IMG/VR virus record: IMGVR_UViG_3300031566_000003
Direction: 5' to 3' (one strand)
Source of the DNA: a virus
Length of the DNA: 64,000 nt
The stretch's first letter is position 1, and each line of letters begins with the position of its first letter. The translations under genes were made by a program, and so were the position numbers. Of the stretch, positions 1 through 6,390 are shown in pieces. The notes under the pieces are model-generated. The model was not told where the DNA came from and searched no databases. It was given only the letters and a program-made list of their open reading frames with translations.

Positions 1-127
1 TAAAAGGATATTATGAGAGTAATAAAAGGATATTATGAGAGTAATAAAAGGATATTATGAGAGTAATAAAAGGATATTATGAGAGTAATAAAAGGATATT
101 ATGAGAGTAATAAAAGGATATTATGAG
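1..127. repeat. 22-bp tandem repeat TAAAAGGATATTATGAGAGTAA, 5 exact copies plus a 17-nt sixth copy that supplies the SD and ATG of the first gene
   Basis: Exact copies at 1-22, 23-44, 45-66, 67-88 and 89-110, partial copy at 111-127. Each copy contains AAGGA-N5-ATG. The array touches the window edge and may continue upstream. Confidence 0.95.
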
Positions 128-353
128 TAAAAAAGAATCATTAGCAACATTTGAAATTGAAGGGTATCATGCTGTTCTTCTTCATGTTCAAAATGTGTAT
201 GGAGTTGAAAAAGAACTAGATTATTGGTTTTGGGGATTTAAATACACTTCTCAAGTTTTTGAATATTTTTCATATCGAACACTTGAAGAAGCCCAAAAGG
301 TTCATGATGAGTTCATCGAAGCTATAAATCTATATTGGAAAGAAAAAAATTAG
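123..353 (+). CDS. hypothetical small protein (76 aa), aromatic-rich
   Basis: ORF with an AAGGA SD. It ends 10 nt before the radical SAM gene on the same strand. Confidence 0.6.
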   Translation: MSKKESLATFEIEGYHAVLLHVQNVYGVEKELDYWFWGFKYTSQVFEYFSYRTLEEAQKVHDEFIEAINLYWKEKN

Positions 354-363
354 AAAGAAAAAA

Positions 364-1239
364 ATGATAAAATCTGTCTTTAATAAAGAGGTTCATAAAG
401 ATGAATTCCGTTTAAGAGTTCTCTTAACGAACGATTGTAACAGAAGTTGTGAGTATTGCTTAAACGACTTTCAAGAACCTGGCTCAGATTATCTCCCTAC
501 AGAAATCGCAATTCAGGCTATTTCAGCCTATACCTCTGTAATAGACCATCCTATCGTGAACATAAGCGGCGGAGAACCTGGTCTACATCCCGATTTCCTT
601 TCTATAATTCGTTTCGCTCATGAACTAGGAGCTCGGGTCTTCGTGAACACGAACGGAACCGCCCTCCTTCCTGAAGCCTATCCATTCGTGAACTGTTTTA
701 AAGTTCATGTCTTCTCTCCCAATCTTAACCTAATATCCTCTCTTCGAGAATTCGATCAAGTAGTTTATGTTGTCGCGAACGAAACCGATTTTGAGAATTC
801 TGAGAAAATCATCGATCTTTATTCGCCCTTCTTTTCTGTAAAAATTTTCTCCAATTTCTATGGTTCTGCAAAGTATCATAAGTTGTTTAATATCTGGGCT
901 GAAAATATGGGAATAAAATTGATGAACGTCTACAGGCATGACATCCAGTTTCGTTACACTGGCATACAAAGGAATAGGGGAAGGGCGTGTGATGGCTGTA
1001 ATCGTAGATGTATAACATTGAAGGCGTTGTGGATCTTTCCGGATGGAATGGCTACAGTTTGTCCGCAGGGGTTTAGAATAAAAGGGCGACCTATAGGGAA
1101 ATCGGTGTGGAGATTGGTTAAGGCGATTGAAGTCCTTGCGGATAAAATCACGGGTGACATCAAATCTGATGATGCCTTGAAATTCACACAAGCTGCGGCA
1201 AATGCTGCGAATACTATCTGCGCTCTTAAAAACGGATAG
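364..1239 (+). CDS. radical SAM enzyme (MoaA / SPASM-twitch-like)
   Basis: CNRSCEYC (CX3CX2C) near the N-terminus, ISGGEPGLHP and NTNGT motifs, and a C-terminal CDGCNRRC...PDGMATVCPQG auxiliary-cluster-like Cys motif. Confidence 0.8.
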   Translation: MIKSVFNKEVHKDEFRLRVLLTNDCNRSCEYCLNDFQEPGSDYLPTEIAIQAISAYTSVIDHPIVNISGGEPGLHPDFLSIIRFAHELGARVFVNTNGTALLPEAYPFVNCFKVHVFSPNLNLISSLREFDQVVYVVANETDFENSEKIIDLYSPFFSVKIFSNFYGSAKYHKLFNIWAENMGIKLMNVYRHDIQFRYTGIQRNRGRACDGCNRRCITLKALWIFPDGMATVCPQGFRIKGRPIGKSVWRLVKAIEVLADKITGDIKSDDALKFTQAAANAANTICALKNG

Positions 1240-1270
1240 TAAAAACATAATATCGAGAGTAGAATAAGTT

Positions 1271-1307
1271 GAGGGGGAGCCATTTTTAGGCATCCCCTCT
1301 TTTTTTT
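1271..1307 (+). terminator. intrinsic terminator after the radical SAM gene
   Basis: GAGGGG (1271-1276) pairs with CCCCTC (1294-1299), followed by T8. Confidence 0.75.
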
Positions 1308-1511
1308 CATCTCCGAATTTTCTCTGAAATTTTCATAGCTTAATATGCTTTTAATGTATTAAACAAAGTTTAATTTGCTTAAAATGCTTTATCTGAAATT
1401 TTTCATCATGGAATTAGAAGAGAGTCTCCTAACCCACTTTTACACAAAAAAATTTTGTGCATATATGTAAACAATTCACTTTGTATTTGTTAAAAGTTAG
1501 TTACTAGTTAG

Positions 1512-1558
1512 TTATACCACATTGTAATACAAATTAGTAATACTACAATGTGGTATAA
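1512..1558. repeat. perfect 15-bp inverted repeat TTATACCACATTGTA / TACAATGTGGTATAA with a 17-nt spacer
   Basis: Arms at 1512-1526 and 1544-1558. The right arm is 13/15 identical to the direct copy at 3072-3086. Confidence 0.9.
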
Positions 1559-1711
1559 GTTAGTATTAGTATTTAATGCTATTTGCAAAACAATAAAGCA
1601 TGTTGTATTGTTTAGTTAGTATTATAAGCGCTTGCCATTGTGTTGTAGGTACTGCGCTTGCTTTAGGTGTTATATTTGCTTTATTATACATAGTATGTTA
1701 GCCCCTTGTAA

Positions 1712-1837
1712 TTAAATTTTGTATACGCGCTTTTGCGTATAGTTAGCATAACGTAAACTGTTATAAGTAACCACTGGTTGTTGTTTAGGCATTAACAAAG
1801 TAACAAGCGCAACAAAAAATTTTTTTAAGCTTACCAT
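1712..1837 (-). CDS. hypothetical small hydrophobic protein (41 aa from the ATG at 1837)
   Basis: MVSLKKFFVALVTLLMP...; AAGGGG SD spaced as in the paralog A/B leaders; own promoter at 1929-1957. Confidence 0.4.
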   Translation of the reverse strand: MVSLKKFFVALVTLLMPKQQPVVTYNSLRYANYTQKRVYKI

Positions 1838-1928
1838 TTTAAAACCCCTTGTTTTTATGTTAGCATTAAAACCCATACTATACATACACTGCAATTGCTA
1901 TGCCAAAAATTTTTGTTTTAAGCGCTTT

Positions 1929-1957
1929 ATACTATAGGCACTGCGCTTGCTAAACAA
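1929..1957 (-). promoter_or_regulatory. sigma70-like promoter TTGTTT-17-TAGTAT
   Basis: -35 at 1952-1957 and -10 at 1929-1934 (minus strand), 17-nt spacer. Confidence 0.5.
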
Positions 1958-2070
1958 GCGCTTAAAGGCATCTAATAGCGCCATAGCAAGCTTCTAACTA
2001 TATACCCTATACAAAGCAAGGGCAAAAGCAAAAGCGCTTGTTTTATGTGTGTTGTAATTTATACATACTA

Positions 2071-2108
2071 TGTGCAAAAATGGGCATCTTGTGTGCAAAA
2101 ATGGGCAA
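2071..2108. repeat. direct repeat TGTGCAAAAATGGGCA x2 (22-nt period)
   Basis: Copies at 2071-2086 and 2093-2108. Confidence 0.9.
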
Positions 2109-2135
2109 TAGTGTATAAAATCGGGCTTATGTGTA

Positions 2136-2179
2136 TAAAAAATAAGGTACCATGTTTAATATGCTTTACATGGTACCTT
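2136..2179 (-). terminator. intrinsic terminator downstream of paralog A
   Basis: AAGGTACCATG / CATGGTACCTT 11-bp stem (2169-2179 with 2144-2154), followed on the minus strand by ATTTTTT. Confidence 0.8.
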
Positions 2180-2193
2180 GTTTTATTGTTTGC

Positions 2194-2808
2194 CTATACA
2201 GTAGGCACTTGCACAGTAGGTACTTGCACAGTAGGTACTTGCACAGTAGGCACTGCGCTTGCTTTGTTACTAATACCTAAAACCTTATTGCATACCTTAA
2301 GCACAGTGGGCAATGCACTTGCTTTAAATGCCACAAAGCAATAGGTTTTAAATGGGTATACAACAACATCGTTTACACCGCTAAACAGTGCTTGTGCTTG
2401 TGTGCAAAATAAACCCTGCGCAGTATTGTTAAACGTTATTTTATTTTGCCCTGCAAATACACCGTGATACATTATAACGCCCTTAAAGCTTGCACTGTGC
2501 GCACTGGTTAGGCATAGGCCAAACGTTTGCCTATGCGCTTGTGTATACCCAAAATGCGCGTATTTAGGCAAGCTTGCACTGTTAAGCGCAGTAAACAAGG
2601 TTTGCAGTGTTGGCGTTAACAGGTCTAAAGCGCTTATATTAACATTGTGCGCTTTGTTTACTGCCAATTGTGCTACTTTACCATTTAAAGTAATTGGCGC
2701 GTTAAATGGGTTAACTTTGTTAGCGTATACATGCACTTGCGCAATATTATTGCCTTGCACAGTGCTTGCCCTTGCCCTTATTTTTTTTGGTACTATTGCT
2801 TTACCCAT
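2194..2808 (-). CDS. abundant-protein candidate, paralog A (204 aa), function unknown
   Basis: About 70% identical to 3411-3971 by hand alignment over a roughly 157-aa core. Consensus promoter, long conserved leader and strong terminator. The C-terminus is (PTVQV)n, encoded by a 15-bp tandem repeat. Confidence 0.85.
   Translation of the reverse strand: MGKAIVPKKIRARASTVQGNNIAQVHVYANKVNPFNAPITLNGKVAQLAVNKAHNVNISALDLLTPTLQTLFTALNSASLPKYAHFGYTQAHRQTFGLCLTSAHSASFKGVIMYHGVFAGQNKITFNNTAQGLFCTQAQALFSGVNDVVVYPFKTYCFVAFKASALPTVLKVCNKVLGISNKASAVPTVQVPTVQVPTVQVPTV
2198..2254. repeat. 15-bp tandem repeat ACAGTAGGYACTTGC, about 3.8 copies
   Basis: Units at 2198, 2213, 2228 and 2243. Encodes the PTVQV repeats at the 3' end of paralog A. 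Confidence 0.9.
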
Positions 2809-2969
2809 AATTAAAACCCCTTTATTAAATTGTTAGCTGCGCTTTACAGGTTATTAAGTAGTTACAAGTTTTAGTTTTTAGTTTAGGTGTAAACATGTAT
2901 ATAATGTAATGCAATTGTAATGCCAAAAAAAGCATATAAAACATATTTAATGTATTAAGCATAAAAAAC

Positions 2970-2998
2970 ATTATAAGCTTTTAAAAAAGCAATTGCAA
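2970..2998 (-). promoter_or_regulatory. consensus sigma70-like promoter TTGCAA-17-TATAAT for paralog A
   Basis: -35 at 2993-2998 and -10 at 2970-2975, with A-tracts upstream. Implies a 5' leader of about 155 nt. Confidence 0.7.
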
Positions 2999-3054
2999 GC
3001 AAAAAAAGCAAAAAATAAAATTTAAAAGCTTATTTCTTGTTTTTTTGCCTTATA

Positions 3055-3086
3055 CTACATAGTGGTATGTTACAAAGTGGTATACG
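3055..3086. repeat. two tandem GTGGTAT-containing 16-mers (CTACATAGTGGTATGT, TACAAAGTGGTATACG)
   Basis: Same motif as the 1544-1559 arm. Marks the right edge of the GCGC-rich cassette. Confidence 0.8.
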
Positions 3087-3148
3087 ATCTTTTCCCTCGC
3101 GTCCCGAGAGTAAGGAGCCTTTTTGGTCAGTTAATATGGGAGTCGAGA

Positions 3149-3168
3149 AGATCAAAGATCTTTGATCT
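3149..3168. repeat. perfect 20-bp palindrome AGATCAAAGATCTTTGATCT (three GATC sites, two overlapping GATCTTTGATC iterons)
   Basis: Read directly; the sequence is its own reverse complement. Confidence 0.95.
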
Positions 3169-3223
3169 ACCTAATTCTGTATGATTCTAAAAAAGATTCA
3201 TAGTGAAGATCTAAGACTTAATC

Positions 3224-3289
3224 TCTTTTCTGCGAATGAATGATAAGAAAAGAAATATTGGTCGGTCTATACCGGAGTCGAGAGATGAT
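3224..3289. repeat. 66-nt intergenic element, copy 1
   Basis: 49/66 identical without gaps to 4232-4297. Both end in CGAGAGATGAT. Confidence 0.8.
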
Positions 3290-3297
3290 CAAAGATC
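3287..3297. repeat. iteron GATCAAAGATC
   Basis: Same 11-mer (either orientation) at 3150-3160, 3158-3168, 4529-4539 and 4928-4938. Confidence 0.9.
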
Positions 3298-3354
3298 TTA
3301 AATCCCAGAAGAGAAACTTTCTTTCTATATGGGTATATGGATATAGGGGGGGGG

Positions 3355-3397
3355 ATAAAAAGAAGCACCATGCGGTGAATCTTGCACAGTGCTTTTC
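3355..3397 (-). terminator. intrinsic terminator downstream of paralog B
   Basis: On the minus strand, AAGCACUGUGC pairs with GCAUGGUGCUU (11 bp including G-U pairs), 10-nt loop, then CTTTTTA. Confidence 0.7.
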
Positions 3398-3410
3398 TTA
3401 GGAGGAACTG

Positions 3411-3971
3411 TTACTCTTTAGGATTACCGGCCATGCCAAGCACTTTCTTACAAGTGCTTACGATCACGGGTAGGGCAGTTTCTTTAAAGGCTACAAAGCA
3501 GTAAGTCTTAAAGGGATAGACTACAACATCTTTGGCCCCTTCTAGGACTTTTTGTGCCTGGGTAGCAAACAATCCCTGAGTTGTGTTGTTGAAGGCAATG
3601 CGCATCTGCCCTGCAAAAACTCCATGATACATGACAATACCCTTAAAACTCTTGCTGTGAGCACTGGCTAAACAAAGACCGAAAGTTTGCCTGTGTGCCT
3701 GAGTATACCCATAGCGAGCGTACTTGGGCAGCGCATCTGTGTTAAGTTCTGTGAACAAGGTTTGCAATGTTGGACTCAGCATATCCAGATTCCCAACATT
3801 TACCCTATGCACCTTGTTTACATCCAGATCTACTACCTTGCCGCTCAGTGTAATAGGTGCTGTAAATGGATGCAGCTTATTACTGAAAACATGCACTTCA
3901 GCAATAGGACTAGCTACAACTTTTTCCTTTGCCGCTTTTGCCTCTATCTTCTTAGGCTTTATCTTACCCAT
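3411..3971 (-). CDS. abundant-protein candidate, paralog B (186 aa), function unknown
   Basis: Paralog of 2194-2808. Conserved leader AACCTGTA...TAACA.T...ATAAGGGG.TTTAA..ATG. Own promoter and terminator. Confidence 0.85.
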   Translation of the reverse strand: MGKIKPKKIEAKAAKEKVVASPIAEVHVFSNKLHPFTAPITLSGKVVDLDVNKVHRVNVGNLDMLSPTLQTLFTELNTDALPKYARYGYTQAHRQTFGLCLASAHSKSFKGIVMYHGVFAGQMRIAFNNTTQGLFATQAQKVLEGAKDVVVYPFKTYCFVAFKETALPVIVSTCKKVLGMAGNPKE

Positions 3972-4078
3972 GTTAAATCCCCTTATCTTAGAATGTTAAC
4001 CGCAAGTCTACAGGTTGATAAAAAGTTAAAAAGTTCTGCTGTTAAGTTTTTCATTTCTATTACCCTTTAAGCACTTAA

Positions 4079-4107
4079 AGCATAACACGTGGACATAAGG
4101 AAGTAAA
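4079..4107 (-). promoter_or_regulatory. sigma70-like promoter TTTACT-17-TATGCT for paralog B
   Basis: -35 at 4102-4107 and -10 at 4079-4084. Confidence 0.55.
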
Positions 4108-4231
4108 GCATAAAAAGCATTGATTTAAAAATAGTTTAGATCCTTAAATCTGATATCGACTGTGAAAACCAGGGTTCTGGATCCAAGATCTAGAGTTCTT
4201 GTAAAAGTTAAACTAAATCTTAAATTTAAGT

Positions 4232-4297
4232 TCTTTTCTGAGATAGAATGATAGGAAAAAGACTTTTGTTCCGTATAAGAGAGACTCGAGAGATGAT
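4232..4297. repeat. 66-nt intergenic element, copy 2
   Basis: See 3224-3289. Confidence 0.8.
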
Positions 4298-4365
4298 TTA
4301 GTAAATGGTTGGATCATTATTCGATCTGAGGGAGATCTTCAATCTGAGATCATCGCTGCCCTTAA

Positions 4366-4408
4366 CAAAAAAATGCTGCCGGTAGTCAGGGGTAAAACTA
4401 CCGACAGC
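4366..4408 (-). terminator. strong intrinsic terminator
   Basis: GCUGUCGGUAGU pairs with ACUACCGGCAGC (12 bp; plus-strand coordinates 4397-4408 and 4375-4386), followed by A-T7-G on the minus strand. Confidence 0.8.
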
Positions 4409-4456
4409 GGTGCTTCAAGCTAAGACATGGGTAAAGCATAAACCTAACTTAAAAGC
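4367..4456 (-). ncRNA. candidate sRNA of about 90 nt, bounded by a promoter and a terminator
   Basis: TTGCAA-17-TATGCT promoter (4463-4491) followed about 50 nt later by a 12-bp GC-rich hairpin plus T7 (4366-4408). No ORF or SD in between. Confidence 0.45.
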
Positions 4457-4462
4457 ATAATA

Positions 4463-4491
4463 AGCATAACACATGGATACATCGATTGCAA
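4463..4491 (-). promoter_or_regulatory. sigma70-like promoter TTGCAA-17-TATGCT
   Basis: -35 at 4486-4491, -10 at 4463-4468, A/T-tract upstream. Confidence 0.6.
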
Positions 4492-4528
4492 GCCTTTTTT
4501 TAAATTTTTTTTAGGCCCCATTCCTCCC

Positions 4529-4539
4529 GATCTTTGATC
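4529..4539. repeat. iteron GATCTTTGATC
   Basis: Exact 11-mer, embedded in CCCGATCTTTGATCTTCGATCATGCC. Confidence 0.9.
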
Positions 4540-4927
4540 TTCGATCATGCCTCCCGATTTTTGATCCAATTTTAGACAAAAAAGCATAATCCCAGTCTTG
4601 TCCTTAGAGGACAATTTCATTCTTCCCGACTGATCCAATATTTGAAAAAACCCCTTTTCAAAAGAAGAGAGTGATTACAGGCATTTAACAGAAATTTTGT
4701 GTATTGCCGGTATACCCCCTTGGAACTTGTTTCTAAAAAGAGCAAGTAAAGCACATTAAGCATTTAATGTTTTTCTCTCGTAATCTGTCCTTTAGATCTG
4801 GGATTATCGATCGCTGGTCGATAAACAGAAAGTAAGTCTCTCAGTATAGTTCCAGATTGATCTCAGATCGGGGACTTTCAATAAGGGGCATAAACATTCT
4901 TAGTCAATTTAAGGAGACATGACTTTT

Positions 4928-4938
4928 GATCTTTGATC
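4928..4938. repeat. iteron GATCTTTGATC
   Basis: Exact 11-mer. Confidence 0.9.
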
Positions 4939-5023
4939 GTCACCATAAACATTAGCTTTTCCGTACGGACAGACAGAGTGACATCTCCATTCCCTTCGTC
5001 GATATTGGTTTCTTTTCTTCTTG

Positions 5024-5293
5024 AATTAAGATTTAAGATGGAGAGAATTGAAGAGAAGAAGAGAAGAGAGAATAGAGATTGAGATATACCCTATAACTGT
5101 GACCAATACGATGAATAAGCAGGAGATTAAAGGGGATGTTCTCTTCGGCTTAATAATATCAAAGATATTATTCTAGAGGAATATAGGGAATAAGGAGAAG
5201 GGAATGAAGAGAGGGGGGGATTAGAAATGAGGTCTAACTTCAGATCTTGAAGATATAGAGGACTAGAACAGAGCTTCTGGATAGAGAGAAGAG
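5024..5293. other. ORF-free purine-rich (AG) low-complexity tract on the plus strand
   Basis: Runs such as GGAGAGAATTGAAGAGAAGAAGAGAAGAGAGAATAGAGATTGAGA and GGAGAAGGGAATGAAGAGAGGGGGGGA. No ORF on either strand. Confidence 0.7.
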
Positions 5294-5296
5294 CCT

Positions 5297-5539
5297 TTAT
5301 CCTCTGAATTTAACATCCTGTCTCCAACTGTTTAGACTAGAAGAACACCCAAATCCAGTCGCGACTTTGGCTTTATTATCAAGGACTAACTGACACCTAT
5401 ACTTATCTTCAATCCAAATCAAATAAGGACATCGCTCTACACTACGACCATAGAATCCTATTCCAGTTGAACACATTGCTTTCAAGCAACAATATCCACA
5501 GCCTACACAGTCGCTATTCGTCATTTTTTTATTCATCAT
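5297..5539 (-). CDS. YkgJ/UPF0153-like Cys-cluster protein
   Basis: CVGCGYCC (CxxCGxCC) motif plus further Cys residues. Same motif as 12833-13123. Confidence 0.6.
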   Translation of the reverse strand: MMNKKMTNSDCVGCGYCCLKAMCSTGIGFYGRSVERCPYLIWIEDKYRCQLVLDNKAKVATGFGCSSSLNSWRQDVKFRG

Positions 5540-5828
5540 CTTTATATTTCTTTACATAGTCATCATTTTTCCAGTTATTTACAAGACTCTCCCCGAGAGG
5601 ACCTAGTTTTTCGTAATAAGCTTCAGCCAGCTTACCTCCAAGAAAGAAGACTATAGCAAAGAATAGAAAAGCATAATTATGGGTAATGAAAGATAGTATA
5701 AGACTGGCAGCAGAACCAATAGCAAAAGAAAGGCATATCTTTATAAGAATAGCTTTCTTAACTAGCTTCTCGAATTCAATCATTAACTCATTTAACCTTC
5801 TTTCCTGCTCTCTTTTTTTCTCATTCAT
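5529..5828 (-). CDS. small membrane protein (2 predicted TM helices)
   Basis: Two hydrophobic stretches; overlaps its neighbours by a few nt. Confidence 0.6.
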   Translation of the reverse strand: MNEKKREQERRLNELMIEFEKLVKKAILIKICLSFAIGSAASLILSFITHNYAFLFFAIVFFLGGKLAEAYYEKLGPLGESLVNNWKNDDYVKKYKDDE

Positions 5829-6022
5829 TTCCCTTTTCTCCTTGCGAATACCTCAGGATCACAGTGTGTAGCCTTTTCGCAGCAGCCTTCAGGATATCCG
5901 CATTCTTCCATCTTTGTACAAATTACGCAACTATATAAAGGATTCTTAGCGCTGAGATCTTCTACTTTAAGACCTTCATATCTTTTTAGTAGTCCTTTAA
6001 TTACTTCTTTATTCGTTATCAT
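5825..6022 (-). CDS. hypothetical Cys-rich protein (65 aa from the ATG at 6022)
   Basis: MITNKEVIKGLLK N-terminus parallels MVTNEKVIKGFLNK of 6009-6362; G-rich SD. Confidence 0.55.
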   Translation of the reverse strand: MITNKEVIKGLLKRYEGLKVEDLSAKNPLYSCVICTKMEECGYPEGCCEKATHCDPEVFARRKGK

Positions 6023-6362
6023 CTCTCCCCCCAACCTCAATAGCTTGAGAAAGTACATTCAATAATTCTAAAGTTCCAGATACTTCCTCAGCAGCGACTT
6101 CTTTTCGGCCAATATTTCCTCCACCGGCTAAGATACAAATTCCCCCTCCGTTAAATACTACAATCTTCACTCCGGGTAGGTTCTCATGAAGAAAAGGATG
6201 GAACCACGCAGTAGGATTAGCCTTTCTCCATTCTGGATCCTCATACAAGCACTCTTCGGGGTTTGCTTCCCATCCATACCTTAGCAAAGCATGATAAGTA
6301 TTTGCATCAGATGTTCCTTCTTTATTTAGGAATCCCTTGATTACTTTTTCATTTGTTACCAT
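6009..6362 (-). CDS. hypothetical protein (117 aa)
   Basis: Co-directional packed ORF. N-terminal paralogy with 5825-6022. Confidence 0.6.
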   Translation of the reverse strand: MVTNEKVIKGFLNKEGTSDANTYHALLRYGWEANPEECLYEDPEWRKANPTAWFHPFLHENLPGVKIVVFNGGGICILAGGGNIGRKEVAAEEVSGTLELLNVLSQAIEVGGRDDNE

Positions 6363-6390
6363 TTTTACCCTCTCCTTTATCTCATTTCAA

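Noticed and set aside
1-127. CRISPR array at the window start.
   Set aside because: The 22-bp units are directly abutting with no spacers, so this is a plain tandem repeat.
730-1310. Minus-strand ORFs 730-1293 and 954-1310 (187 and 118 aa).
   Set aside because: They are antisense to the radical SAM gene, which has clear family motifs. They show no SD or motif support.
2045-2344. Plus-strand ORF 2045-2344 (99 aa) with a VGTCT repeat.
   Set aside because: It is generated by the 15-bp tandem repeat and spans the minus-strand terminator. It is antisense to the 3' end of paralog A.
2194-3971. Diversity-generating retroelement (template and variable repeat) explaining the two similar genes.
   Set aside because: The differences are spread over all codon positions and all four bases rather than being adenine-specific. 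The whole genes, including their leaders, are duplicated. No reverse transcriptase is nearby.
4444-4638. ORF 4444-4638 (64 aa) in the non-coding zone.
   Set aside because: It spans the predicted promoter and the GATC iteron cluster, has low-complexity content (GGM repeats) and has no SD.
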